Virus record (IMG/VR): IMGVR_UViG_3300030330_004178
Location: 1 to 33,740 of that record
Strand: one strand, 5' to 3'
Length of the DNA: 33,740 nt
Source of the DNA: a virus
Taxonomy: Duplodnaviria > Caudoviricetes
The notes under the pieces are model-generated. The model saw nothing but the letters and a program-made list of their open reading frames with translations, made no database searches and had not been told where the DNA came from. The translations under genes were made by a program, and so were the position numbers. Below are positions 1-9,148 of the stretch, one piece after another. How positions within the stretch are numbered: position 1 is the first letter of the stretch; the number at the start of each line of letters is the position of its first letter.

Positions 1-1
1 A

Positions 2-367
2 CCCCCTGCAAAAGACGGTTTTCAACACAGGTGGTTAAGAGCTGAAAGCTTAGGTTTCCAAGATACTAAGAATATCGCAGGAAGACTAAGATCAGGATAC
101 GAGTTAGTAAGAGCTGACGAGTTTCCAGATTCAGACTACCCAGTTGTAGAAGACGGTAAATACAAGGGAGTAATCGGAGTTGGTGGCCTTGTGCTGGCAA
201 GGGTGCCTGAAAAGATCGCAAAAAGCAGGACTGAGTATTATCAGAAAATGCATGAAGATAAAGTTCAAGCGGTAGATAACGATCTGATGAGGGAACAGCA
301 TAAGAGTATGCCTATCAATATTGATAGACAATCTCGAACAACCTTCGGTGGTACAAAGAAAAGTTAA
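2..367 (+). CDS. 5'-truncated conserved phage head-module protein (missing from ORF track)
   Basis: Open frame from the window edge, PPAKDGFQHRWLRAESLG...GVIGVGGLVLARVP...TTFGGTKKS, stop TAA 365-367; co-oriented with the capsid genes. Confidence 0.85.
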   Translation, partial: PPAKDGFQHRWLRAESLGFQDTKNIAGRLRSGYELVRADEFPDSDYPVVEDGKYKGVIGVGGLVLARVPEKIAKSRTEYYQKMHEDKVQAVDNDLMREQHKSMPINIDRQSRTTFGGTKKS

Positions 368-427
368 TTTTTTAACAATTCAAAGTCCGCCGGATAAACT
401 TAACAAGTTCTTAAGGAGGACTAAACT

Positions 428-1006
428 ATGGCGACTAATCAAGACGCAGCCTTTGGTTTAAAACCAATTGGCAAAGTGGGTCAAAATAGAGACAACCAAG
501 GTTTATCCGAGTATGACATAGCTGCTTCGGCAACTGCTATATTCTTCAATGATCCTGTCAAAATGAAATCTGACGGAACAATTGAAGTTGCAGGCGCAGG
601 AGGAGCGATACTAGGTTCCTTGGGTGGTATCTTTTTTACCGACGCAACGACTAGCAAGCCTACTTTTGCGAATCACCTGAACGCATCCAACACAGCGACT
701 GATATTGTTGGTTTCGTTTCTGATGATCCGTATCAGAGGTTTGAAATACAAACAAACAACACAGGCGCTTCTGCTAATACAGATATCTTCAACGTTGCAG
801 ATATCGAGTACACAGCTGGAAGTTCGCCAGACTTCGTGTCCGCAGTTGAATTAAATGATTCAACTCTAGCAAACGGCTCATCTGCTACTTTGCAGATTCT
901 AGGTTTATCTAGAGATCCATCAAACAATACAGTTGGCGCTGCCAATGTAAACTGGATCGTTAGAATAAACGAGCACGAGTTAGACATGAATGTAAATGGA
1001 GTATAA
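428..1006 (+). CDS. Putative capsid-associated (decoration/minor capsid) protein
   Basis: 192 aa, Ala/Gly/Thr/Asn-rich, AAGGAGG SD, immediately upstream of the major capsid gene. Confidence 0.6.
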   Translation: MATNQDAAFGLKPIGKVGQNRDNQGLSEYDIAASATAIFFNDPVKMKSDGTIEVAGAGGAILGSLGGIFFTDATTSKPTFANHLNASNTATDIVGFVSDDPYQRFEIQTNNTGASANTDIFNVADIEYTAGSSPDFVSAVELNDSTLANGSSATLQILGLSRDPSNNTVGAANVNWIVRINEHELDMNVNGV

Positions 1007-1017
1007 GGAGGATAACT

Positions 1018-1926
1018 ATGGCCATTTCTAGAGGACAACTAGTTAAAGAACTAGAGCCAGGTTTGAATGCCTTATTCGGCCTGGAATATAATCGTTATGA
1101 GAATCAGCATGCTGAGATCTATACTACTGAAAGTTCAGACAGAGCGTTTGAAGAGGAAGTAATGTTATCAGGATTTGCTCAAGCTCAAGTTAAACCAGAA
1201 GGATCTGGTATAGCTTTTGACAATGCTCAAGAGACTTATACTGCAAGATACACACACGAGACTGTGGCTCTTGCCTTCGCAATAACTGAGGAAGCAATCG
1301 AAGATAACTTGTACGACCAACTTTCATCTAGATATACAAAAGCATTAGCTAGATCGATGGCGAATACTAAACAAGTTAAAGCAGCGAGCATCTTAATTAA
1401 CGGATTACCTGGTGGATCTTTTCAATCAGGTGATGGTGTAACGCTATTTAACACAGCTCACCCAACAATTGCTGGTAATGTTAAAAATACATTAACAACA
1501 GCGGCTGACTTAAATGAAACTTCATTAGAGCAATCATTAATTGATATTAATGCATTCACTGATGAGAGAGGACTTAAAGTTGCTGCAAGAGGAGTAAAAA
1601 TGATTATTCCTAGTGAGTTACAGTTCACAGCTGAGAGATTAATGAAATCTCAAGGCAGAACAGGTACAGCTGATAACGATGTAAACGCAATAGCTTCAAT
1701 GGGAATGATCCCACAAGGCTATAGAGTCAATAATTTCTTGACTGACACAGATGCGTTCTACATTATTACAGACGTGCCTAATGGTATGAAGTATTTCGAA
1801 AGATCTCCTATCAAAACAGCGATGGAAGGTGATTTCGATACTGGTAACGTGAGATACAAAGCTAGAGAAAGATACTCATTTGGAGTATCTGACTTCAGAG
1901 GTATCTTTGCATCACCAGGTGCTTAA
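1018..1926 (+). CDS. Major capsid protein, Mu gpT-like family (HK97 fold)
   Basis: 302 aa; N-terminus MAISRGQLVKELEPGLNALFGLEY and C-terminus DFDTGNVRYKARERYSFGVSDFRGIF typical of this family; AAGGAGG SD; strong terminator follows. Confidence 0.88.
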   Translation: MAISRGQLVKELEPGLNALFGLEYNRYENQHAEIYTTESSDRAFEEEVMLSGFAQAQVKPEGSGIAFDNAQETYTARYTHETVALAFAITEEAIEDNLYDQLSSRYTKALARSMANTKQVKAASILINGLPGGSFQSGDGVTLFNTAHPTIAGNVKNTLTTAADLNETSLEQSLIDINAFTDERGLKVAARGVKMIIPSELQFTAERLMKSQGRTGTADNDVNAIASMGMIPQGYRVNNFLTDTDAFYIITDVPNGMKYFERSPIKTAMEGDFDTGNVRYKARERYSFGVSDFRGIFASPGA

Positions 1927-1936
1927 TATTTACTTT

Positions 1937-1969
1937 AAAGGGGCGAAACACAATTTCGCCCCTTTTTTT
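1937..1969 (+). terminator. Intrinsic terminator after the capsid gene
   Basis: AAAGGGGCGAAA-CACAA-TTTCGCCCCTTT stem ending in a T7 run. Confidence 0.9.
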
Positions 1970-1984
1970 ATTTAGAAAGAAAAA

Positions 1985-2263
1985 ATGCGACCTCAAAAAT
2001 TTTTAGTAAAAATAGCTGCTTATGAATACGGGACTGAATTTATAATCCAATGTATTGATAGCCCTATTGATATTGAAAATGCAATCATTGACAGATTAGG
2101 AAATTCTGATATAAAATGGGAGTATCTTGGAGAAATGATGGATCCCAAGGTAAATAGAATAACCTATGAGGAGGTTATCAATGGAGGCGATAATGCAACA
2201 TCTGGAGACTCTCTACACAAAGAAGAGAGGTTTAGATCTTCAATGGGAGCAGGAGCATCTTAA
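1985..2263 (+). CDS. Hypothetical protein (92 aa)
   Basis: ORF after the terminator with upstream AGAAAG; 3' end overlaps the next ORF. Confidence 0.6.
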   Translation: MRPQKFLVKIAAYEYGTEFIIQCIDSPIDIENAIIDRLGNSDIKWEYLGEMMDPKVNRITYEEVINGGDNATSGDSLHKEERFRSSMGAGAS

Positions 2264-2408
2264 AGAGGGTAGATATACTCTCAATATGGTTAAGATTGAC
2301 CGAAAAGTTAGAGATGTCATTAGCCATATAAAACTAGCTGAAGCTAAAAAAGCTGATCTAGAAAATAAAATAGAGGCTGCTCAACCACAAGTTTCTGTAG
2401 CTACTTAA
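2181..2408 (+). CDS. Hypothetical coiled-coil protein
   Basis: GAGGAGG SD precedes ATG 2181 (alternative ATG 2193 with GGAGG); charged, helical sequence. Confidence 0.7.
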   Translation: MEAIMQHLETLYTKKRGLDLQWEQEHLKEGRYTLNMVKIDRKVRDVISHIKLAEAKKADLENKIEAAQPQVSVAT

Positions 2409-2455
2409 TAAAAAGCTACATCGTTGGAAAAAATTAATCCGCACTACAGGCTCTC

Positions 2456-2484
2456 TTGCACTCTATTAAAATCTAATATATAAC
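2456..2484 (+). promoter_or_regulatory. sigma70-like promoter
   Basis: TTGCAC(2456-2461)-17 bp-TATAAC(2479-2484); predicted +1 near 2491. Confidence 0.65.
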
Positions 2485-2490
2485 TTAATC

Positions 2491-2561
2491 ACTATACAAT
2501 TAATTAGAACATAGACGCGTATAGTCGACGGCCTAGAGACTATGTTCGGTAAACTAGGAGG
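2491..2561 (+). ncRNA. Structured pseudoknotted 5' leader RNA, possibly the Mu-gpT-DE motif
   Basis: Three interleaved helices: ACTATAC 2491-2497/GTATAGT 2519-2525; GAACATAG 2507-2514/CTATGTTC 2540-2547; CCTAG 2532-2536/CTAGG 2554-2558 (overlaps SD). Lies downstream of a Mu-gpT-like capsid gene. Confidence 0.7.
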
Positions 2562-2569
2562 ATATAATC

Positions 2570-3112
2570 ATGGCAAAAACTACATTTCAAGGACCAGTAA
2601 AATCAATTAATGGTTTTCAAGGTGTTGGAACTGGAAACTCTGTAAGTATCGGAGCAGGTGCAACTTCTTTAACTGTTGATTCACATGCTGGTAGAATGTT
2701 GTACCACAATGTTGCTGGTGCAGCTACTTTGACTTTACCTGCGATTAATTCATCTGCAGACTCAGGTGTTGCAGGTCCAGGTAATGATCCAAACTCAGCA
2801 AACAATTTAGGTGCTTCTTTTGAGATATATATTGGAGCAGATAAATCTGGTGACTTTGTTTTACAAGTTGCTAATGCTAGTGACACTATGACTGGTAATG
2901 CGCTTATTGTTGATACTGACAGTAGTGATAATGGTGAGGGTTTTATGACTGCAGCCGCATCTGATACTGTTACTTTAAACGGTAGCACAACAGGTGGAAA
3001 AGCAGGATCAATCATAACTTGCAAAGCTATTGGCGAAAACAGATGGGGTGTACAAGTAACATCTGGAGGAACTGGTAACTTAGCTACACCTTTTAGTGCA
3101 GCAGTAAGTTAA
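2570..3112 (+). CDS. Virion structural protein (head fibre/decoration-like)
   Basis: 180 aa, Gly/Ala/Thr/Ser-rich, AGGAGG SD, within the structural module. Confidence 0.6.
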   Translation: MAKTTFQGPVKSINGFQGVGTGNSVSIGAGATSLTVDSHAGRMLYHNVAGAATLTLPAINSSADSGVAGPGNDPNSANNLGASFEIYIGADKSGDFVLQVANASDTMTGNALIVDTDSSDNGEGFMTAAASDTVTLNGSTTGGKAGSIITCKAIGENRWGVQVTSGGTGNLATPFSAAVS

Positions 3113-3124
3113 TAATTAATTTAG

Positions 3125-3153
3125 TGTGGGGCTTAGGCCCCACATTTAATTTT
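3125..3153 (+). terminator. GC-rich hairpin, probable terminator
   Basis: TGTGGGGC-TTAG-GCCCCACA followed by TTTAATTTT. Confidence 0.7.
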
Positions 3154-3165
3154 AAGGAGAAAAAA

Positions 3166-3450
3166 ATGGCAAGTAAAGGTGATGTAAAATCAGTAAGAGT
3201 TACAGCTACTGGAGCAGTATTTGCAGGAAGAACAAGATTAAGAGGAATTATTCTTGCTTCTGACGCAGGCGGAGCCGGGACTATAATTCTTCAAGACAAC
3301 ACAGACAGCACAACTTTGTTTCAAGCAGACGTTCCTAACGGAGATGTTTTTTCAATGAACATTCCTGAAGATGGAATTTTATTTCCAGGTGGAATGAAAG
3401 TCTCTACAATTACAAACATAGATGCAGCTACTTTATTGATTGATAAATAG
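3166..3450 (+). CDS. Small structural protein (94 aa)
   Basis: AAGGAG SD before ATG 3166; the track's 3124 start lies in the hairpin. Confidence 0.7.
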   Translation: MASKGDVKSVRVTATGAVFAGRTRLRGIILASDAGGAGTIILQDNTDSTTLFQADVPNGDVFSMNIPEDGILFPGGMKVSTITNIDAATLLIDK

Positions 3451-3458
3451 GAGGTTAG

Positions 3459-4187
3459 ATGGCTAACACAACTTCTGGAACAACTACTTTTGATAAAAAT
3501 TTTGCTATCGATGAAGTAATAGAAGAGGCCTACGAAAGAATTGGTCTACAAGGTGTTTCAGGTTATCAATTAAAAACAGCTAGAAGATCTTTAAATATAT
3601 TATTTCAAGAGTGGGGAAATAGAGGACTTCACTATTGGCAAATAGCTAATAACGATATTACTTTGGTAGATGGTCAAGCAGTATATACAATGTTTAGATC
3701 TTCTTCAGACGGAACCTCTGATGCCACCGCTGTTTTTGGTGTGGATGATGTATTAGAAGCTTCTTTTAGAAATTCTGATAATATAGATTTTCCTTTAACA
3801 AAAATTAACAGATCTAATTATCAAGCTCTTTCAAATAAATCTTCAAAAGGTATACCCACACAATATTATGTTCAAAGATTTATAGATAAAGTAACAATAA
3901 CTTTATACTTAACACCTGGAAGTGATGAAGCAGGAAAAAAATTAAATTATTATTATGTTAAAAGAATTCAAGACGTGGGTGATTACACAAATGCAACAGA
4001 CGTTCCTTATAGATTTGTGCCGTGCATGGTTTCTGGTTTAGCTTTTTATTTAGCACAAAAATATGCTCCAGATAGAATACAAGCTATGAAATTATATTAC
4101 GAAGACGAATTACAAAGAGCATTATCAGAAGATGGATCATCTTCTAGTTCTTTTATAACACCTAAAACTTATTACCCGAGTATATAA
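3459..4187 (+). CDS. Putative head-tail adaptor/neck protein
   Basis: 242 aa, AGGAGG SD; motifs ARRSLNILFQEWGNRG, G.PTQYY, LYLTP resemble podovirus adaptors; position in module. Confidence 0.55.
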   Translation: MANTTSGTTTFDKNFAIDEVIEEAYERIGLQGVSGYQLKTARRSLNILFQEWGNRGLHYWQIANNDITLVDGQAVYTMFRSSSDGTSDATAVFGVDDVLEASFRNSDNIDFPLTKINRSNYQALSNKSSKGIPTQYYVQRFIDKVTITLYLTPGSDEAGKKLNYYYVKRIQDVGDYTNATDVPYRFVPCMVSGLAFYLAQKYAPDRIQAMKLYYEDELQRALSEDGSSSSSFITPKTYYPSI

Positions 4188-4684
4188 TGGCAAAATTATC
4201 TAGTGGAAAATATGCAAAATTTATCTCAGATAGATCTGGTATGGAGTTTCCATACAATGAAATGGTTAAAGAATGGAATGGATCAAAAGTTCATGTATCA
4301 GAGTTTGAACCAAAACAACCACAATTAGAGCCAACTAGATATTCTGGAGATTCACAAGCTTTAAAAGACGCAAGACCTGCAAGAACAGAGCCTGCAACGC
4401 AAAATTTATTACCACCAAACCCATTTAGTTTAGTATCGGGATCTGCAAACGTAACAGTTACAGAACCTAGCCACGGTAGGTCTAATAGTGATACTGTTAG
4501 ATTTAGAAATGTAAATGGCAGCCCTGGAGGTTTAGCTTTTACAGTATTTGAAAATTCATCGGGATTTAGTATAAGTAGTGTAACAACCGATACTTACGTG
4601 TTTGATTGTGGATCAAACGCAACAGTAACAGAAACATCAGGAGGATTGACAGTAACTGCAGGCCCAGTTACACAATTAGCATAA
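4187..4684 (+). CDS. Structural protein with C-terminal small beta domain
   Basis: 165 aa, TAATG coupling; the VTVTEPSHG...DTV unit resembles the VTITFPTAHN...DII unit in 13261-15429. Confidence 0.6.
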   Translation: MAKLSSGKYAKFISDRSGMEFPYNEMVKEWNGSKVHVSEFEPKQPQLEPTRYSGDSQALKDARPARTEPATQNLLPPNPFSLVSGSANVTVTEPSHGRSNSDTVRFRNVNGSPGGLAFTVFENSSGFSISSVTTDTYVFDCGSNATVTETSGGLTVTAGPVTQLA

Positions 4685-5388
4685 TGGCAGGATTAAGTGC
4701 ATCAGGATTAAAAACACAAATTAAAAGTTATACTGAAACAGATTCTAACGTTTTAACAGACGCTGTTTTAGAAAATATTATATTAAATGCACAATATAGA
4801 ATATTTAGAGATGTTCCTATCGATGCTGATAGAAAACAACAAATAGGTAATTTAGTTACAGGACAAGAAACAATTAATGCTCCTGCAGGTGCAGTTTTTA
4901 TCAGAGGAATACAGGTTTATGATTCAACATCAGCTACGACTGGTGCTAATGTTTGGTTAGAAAAAAAAGATGTCACATATCTTCAAGAGTATATTTCTTC
5001 AACTGAATCTGCTAAAAGAGGTCAACCTAAATATTATGCCATGTTTGGTGGTGCCACAGGAGAATCTGACACTACCTCTGGCAGAATGATGTTTGCCCCT
5101 GTTCCTGACACAACCTATAAATTTAGAGTTCACTATAACGCAATGCCTGCTCTATTAGAGAATAATGACACTAATTATATTAGTCTTAACTTTCCAAACG
5201 GCTTATTATATTGTTGTTTGGCTGAGACTTATAGTTTTTTAAAAGGCCCTGCAGATATGTTGACTTTGTATGAAAATAAGTATAAACAAGAGGTAGAGAA
5301 GTTTGCTAGTGAGCAAATTGGAAGACGAAGAAGAGATGATTATACTGATGGTACAATAAGAATACCTCTACCTTCTCGTAATCCATAA
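4684..5388 (+). CDS. Putative tail tubular protein A-like adaptor
   Basis: True start probably ATG 4684 (TAATG overlap); motifs GQPKYYA, FAPVPD, LLYCCLAE. Confidence 0.55.
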   Translation: MAGLSASGLKTQIKSYTETDSNVLTDAVLENIILNAQYRIFRDVPIDADRKQQIGNLVTGQETINAPAGAVFIRGIQVYDSTSATTGANVWLEKKDVTYLQEYISSTESAKRGQPKYYAMFGGATGESDTTSGRMMFAPVPDTTYKFRVHYNAMPALLENNDTNYISLNFPNGLLYCCLAETYSFLKGPADMLTLYENKYKQEVEKFASEQIGRRRRDDYTDGTIRIPLPSRNP

Positions 5389-5404
5389 CTAAGGAGAATA
5401 AATT

Positions 5405-5854
5405 ATGGCAATAACATCGGCAATTTGTAATAGTTTCAAACAAGAGCTTTTACAAGGTATACACAATTTCACAGCATCGTCTGGTGATACTTTTAACTTA
5501 GCTTTATTCACAAGCAGCGCTACTTTAAACGCTAGCACAACAGCATTTGCTACAAACCCTGGAGGGGGTTCTAACACTGAAGTGTCAGGATCTGGATACA
5601 CTACAAAAGGAAATGCTCTTACAAGCGTAACTCCAACTCTAGATTCATCAACAGCTGTTTGTGATTTTGCAGACACAAGTTTTACTTCTGCATCTTTCAC
5701 AGCAAGAGGTTGTATGATTTTTAATGACGACGCAACAGGTGATCCAGCAGTTTGTGTAATTGATTTTGGATCAGATAAAACTGTAACAAGCGGAACTTTC
5801 ACAATTCAATTTCCAGCAGCAGACGCATCAAACGCTATTATAAGAATAGCATAA
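5405..5854 (+). CDS. Conserved virion/tail protein (149 aa)
   Basis: AAGGAG SD; MAITSAICNSFKQELL...IDFGSDKT...GTFTIQFP, a common marine phage structural family. Confidence 0.65.
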   Translation: MAITSAICNSFKQELLQGIHNFTASSGDTFNLALFTSSATLNASTTAFATNPGGGSNTEVSGSGYTTKGNALTSVTPTLDSSTAVCDFADTSFTSASFTARGCMIFNDDATGDPAVCVIDFGSDKTVTSGTFTIQFPAADASNAIIRIA

Positions 5855-5867
5855 GGAGGAACTCCTT

Positions 5868-7085
5868 ATGTCAACTACCTGGGGACAAAATTCTTGGGGT
5901 GATAACTCATGGCAGTCTAATACTGTAACCATAGCAACTACAGGATTTTCTACTACTTCTTCAGTTGGAAGTGGTACAAACATGGGTGTGCCTCAACAAG
6001 GTTGGGGCGGTAAGGCTTATGGTCAAAACGAGTATGGTGAACTTTCAGATAATACTGTATCATTAACTGGTTTTGGATTAACAACTTCTTTAAATTCAGA
6101 TGGATTATTATCATTTCAATCAAATGGTTGGGGTAGAAACGCTTGGAACGTTGGTCCTTTTGGAGAAAGTTTTAATCCTGTAATAACTTTAACTGGATTT
6201 GGTTTAACCACATCTGTCGGTGATGGAACTAATATGGGTGTTCCTCAAACAGGATGGGGTGGAAGAACTTGGAGCACCGGTGAGTGGGGAGCTGTTAATG
6301 ATAACAGTGTTGAAGTCACAGGTTTAGAATTATCTACAACCGTTGGTACAGTAGAAGCGTACAACGAAGTTGGTTGGGGTCGTGATGGTTGGGGTGAGGA
6401 AGCATATGGTGAATCAAATGATGCTCATGCAACATTAACAGGTTTTGAATTAAAGTCGACTTTAGGTAATAGTACTTGGGGTGCTAAAGCTTGGAATAAT
6501 AACGCTTTTGGTACATTTACTCTTGACATAGATGATTTATCACTTGGTATTACGTCTCCTGGTGCATCAACCTCATCTATTGGAACAGCGACCATGCGTG
6601 GTGATGTTCCTGATTTAGTTCCAACAGGTCAATCAGCAACCACATCACAAGGATCACTATCTCCTGCAGATGTGATGGGGCCAACAGGACAATCAGCAAC
6701 AGCTTCCGTTGGAGCTTTATCTCCTGCAGATGTGATGGGTGTATCTGGAGTTGGTGCAACAACAGCAATAGGTGATGTGGCTATCACCACAAATCCTATA
6801 ATTATTCCTACAAGTTTATCTATGACGTCTGCACAAGGAGCACTATCTCCTGCGGATGTAATGGGAGTGACAGGTCAATCAGCAACAACTTCCGTCGGCT
6901 CTCCATCACTTAAAATTGATGTTACATTTACGCTAGGAGGATTATCTACAACATCTTCTTTAGCTGCATTTGGAACTTCTACAGGCTTTGGAATTCAAGC
7001 ATATCAAGCAGTTGACACAGGTTCAAATTCATCATATACAGATGTTGCAACTGGATCAAATACAAGTTATAGTAATGTTGCATAG
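5868..7085 (+). CDS. Repetitive Trp-Gly/Thr-Ser-rich tail-associated protein
   Basis: 405 aa; six WGxxxW/Y units followed by SPADVMG repeats. Confidence 0.7.
   Translation: MSTTWGQNSWGDNSWQSNTVTIATTGFSTTSSVGSGTNMGVPQQGWGGKAYGQNEYGELSDNTVSLTGFGLTTSLNSDGLLSFQSNGWGRNAWNVGPFGESFNPVITLTGFGLTTSVGDGTNMGVPQTGWGGRTWSTGEWGAVNDNSVEVTGLELSTTVGTVEAYNEVGWGRDGWGEEAYGESNDAHATLTGFELKSTLGNSTWGAKAWNNNAFGTFTLDIDDLSLGITSPGASTSSIGTATMRGDVPDLVPTGQSATTSQGSLSPADVMGPTGQSATASVGALSPADVMGVSGVGATTAIGDVAITTNPIIIPTSLSMTSAQGALSPADVMGVTGQSATTSVGSPSLKIDVTFTLGGLSTTSSLAAFGTSTGFGIQAYQAVDTGSNSSYTDVATGSNTSYSNVA
6658..6865 (+). repeat. Intragenic direct repeats (LSPADVMG x3)
   Basis: TATCTCCTGCAGATGTGATGGG identical at 6658-6679 and 6718-6739; two-mismatch copy at 6844-6865. 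Confidence 0.9.
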
Positions 7086-7094
7086 GAGAAAAAT

Positions 7095-8324
7095 ATGGCA
7101 TCAACATTTAGCCCTTTGGGTATAGAACTTCAAGCAACCGGTGAAAATGCTGGTACATGGGGAACAAAAACTAATACTAATTTAAGCATTATTGAACAAA
7201 TATCTGGCGGATTTACTACGCAAGCTGTTACAGATTCAGGAACACCAACTGCTCTTTCTGTATCAGATGGATCAACTGGAGCGACTCTTGCTCACAGAGT
7301 TATAGAATTTACTGGCTCTCTATCTGCAGGCAGAGAAGTAACTATCCCTCTTGATGTACAAAATTTTTACATTTTAAAAAATGCAACATCTGGTGGTCAA
7401 ACTGTAACTTTTAAATATGTTAGCGGTAGTGGTGACACGGCAGTTGTTCCAAACGGAAAAACTGTAATTGCTTATGCTAAAGCGGATGACGGTACTAACC
7501 CTAATATTGTTATGGTTGAGTTTGGTGGAGATGTTGTTGATGATACTTCACCTCAACTAGGTGGTGATTTAGATACTAACAGTTTTAATATAGCTTTTGA
7601 TGATGCACATGGAATTAATGATGAAAACGGAAATCAACAAATTATTTTTCAAACAACTGGTTCTGCTGTAAACCAGATTGACGTTACTAACGCTGCAACA
7701 GGTAATGCACCAAGCATTTCTGCTACAGGTGATGATACAAACGTCAGTTTAAATTTAGTTGCAAAAGGAACCGGATCTGTTCAATCAAATGGATCAGCAG
7801 TTAAAGTTGCAGGTAAAGAAAGTATTTGGGTTCCTGCAGTTGCCATGTATCCTAACACTACAAATGGTGCTGGAGCTCTTACTCAAACAGAATTAGGAAA
7901 TGGACCAGAAATTAAGGCGTTGCCTTTTGACAAAACTTCTGACGAGTTTGCACAATTTGCAATTGCTTTTCCTAAATCATGGAACGAAGGGACAGTAACC
8001 TTTCAAGCATTTTTCACAGCAGACTCAACAGATACTGGTACTGCAAAATTTACATTAGCTGGTGTAGCATTAGCAGACAACGATAGTCTTAATACTGCTT
8101 TTGGAACAGCAGTTGGACCATCTGCAAAAGCACACAGTGGAACAGCAAACGATTTAGACGTCACAGCAGAAAGTGGAGCAGTTACAATAGCTGGTTCACC
8201 TTCAGTAGATGAATATGTTTTCTTCGAAGTATCTAGAGACGTGTCAGAGGATGATCTAGATGCTGATGCAAAACTTCTTGGAATTAAATTATTCTTTACT
8301 ACTGACGCTGCTAACGACGCGTAA
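7095..8324 (+). CDS. Tail fibre / receptor-binding protein
   Basis: 409 aa; N-terminal anchor ELQATGENAGTWGTKTNTNL, internal DTSPQLGGDLD fibre motif, beta-rich C-terminus. Confidence 0.7.
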   Translation: MASTFSPLGIELQATGENAGTWGTKTNTNLSIIEQISGGFTTQAVTDSGTPTALSVSDGSTGATLAHRVIEFTGSLSAGREVTIPLDVQNFYILKNATSGGQTVTFKYVSGSGDTAVVPNGKTVIAYAKADDGTNPNIVMVEFGGDVVDDTSPQLGGDLDTNSFNIAFDDAHGINDENGNQQIIFQTTGSAVNQIDVTNAATGNAPSISATGDDTNVSLNLVAKGTGSVQSNGSAVKVAGKESIWVPAVAMYPNTTNGAGALTQTELGNGPEIKALPFDKTSDEFAQFAIAFPKSWNEGTVTFQAFFTADSTDTGTAKFTLAGVALADNDSLNTAFGTAVGPSAKAHSGTANDLDVTAESGAVTIAGSPSVDEYVFFEVSRDVSEDDLDADAKLLGIKLFFTTDAANDA

Positions 8325-8341
8325 TAAAAGGAGTATAGAGT

Positions 8342-9148
8342 ATGTCATCATTCGGATATAGAATCCTAGGTCTAGGAGGCGGAGCTGGAGGACCACCATA
8401 TCAAATAGATCACCTTACAATAGGTGGAGGTGGAACTGGCGGAGGAGCTTTCGGAGGCGGAGGCGGCGGAGCTGGAGGCTTCAGATCTGGAAACTTCATA
8501 GCAAATTCAAACACAGTGCTTACAATCACAGTAGGCGGAGCTGGTGGAAGTAGTTCTATCGCAGGAACTAATGTGACTACAGTAACTAGTGATGGTGGTG
8601 GTAGTGGAGGCCCAGGAGGAAACTCAAGTCCTGAAGGTCGTCCAGGTGCTTCTGGTGGTGGTTCTGGAGATGCAGGATCAAACCAAAGAGCCGGAGGTGC
8701 TGGAATACCAGGTCAAGGAAATAATGGAGGAAGTGCTAACCCAGGAAACACTGGTGGCGGAGGCGGTGCTGGAGGCACTGGCGGAAACGCTCCAGGTGGA
8801 AACGGAGGAAGTGGTTCTTCAAGTTCTATAACAGGTTCATCTATCATATACGCAGGTGGCGGTGGAGGTGCTCCAGGTAAATCTGGAGGTTCTGGCGGCG
8901 GAGGAGATGGTTTCTCTTCTGGTGACGGATCTACATCCCCAAGAGCTGGCACAGACGGTAAAGGTGGCGGCGGAGGCGGAGGAAAATTTCCCGCTTCTCC
9001 TTCAAGTGGTCAAGGTGGAGATGGTACAGTTGTTCTATCTGTTCCAACTGCTAACTTTACTGGAAACACTACGGGCTCACCTACAGTTTCTACATCTGGA
9101 TCTAACACGATCATGGTATTTACTTCTACAGGGACGTATACAACGTAA
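8342..9148 (+). CDS. Glycine-rich tail fibre-associated protein
   Basis: 268 aa dominated by Gly runs (GGGGGAGG); ends FTSTGTYT. Confidence 0.75.
   Translation: MSSFGYRILGLGGGAGGPPYQIDHLTIGGGGTGGGAFGGGGGGAGGFRSGNFIANSNTVLTITVGGAGGSSSIAGTNVTTVTSDGGGSGGPGGNSSPEGRPGASGGGSGDAGSNQRAGGAGIPGQGNNGGSANPGNTGGGGGAGGTGGNAPGGNGGSGSSSSITGSSIIYAGGGGGAPGKSGGSGGGGDGFSSGDGSTSPRAGTDGKGGGGGGGKFPASPSSGQGGDGTVVLSVPTANFTGNTTGSPTVSTSGSNTIMVFTSTGTYTT

Noticed and set aside
131-331. 66-aa minus-strand ORF
   Set aside because: Shadow of the plus-strand gene 2-367
2491-2561. tRNA or a known riboswitch/ribozyme class
   Set aside because: No cloverleaf or T-loop, and no consensus of a known riboswitch or ribozyme recognised by eye
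733-5802. Minus-strand ORFs 733-1038, 2617-3024 and 5389-5802
   Set aside because: Antisense shadows of well-supported structural genes with SD sites; no recognisable motifs
6658-6865. Direct repeats as a CRISPR mini-array or DGR template/variable pair
   Set aside because: In-frame coding repeats with irregular spacing; no cas or reverse transcriptase gene in the window
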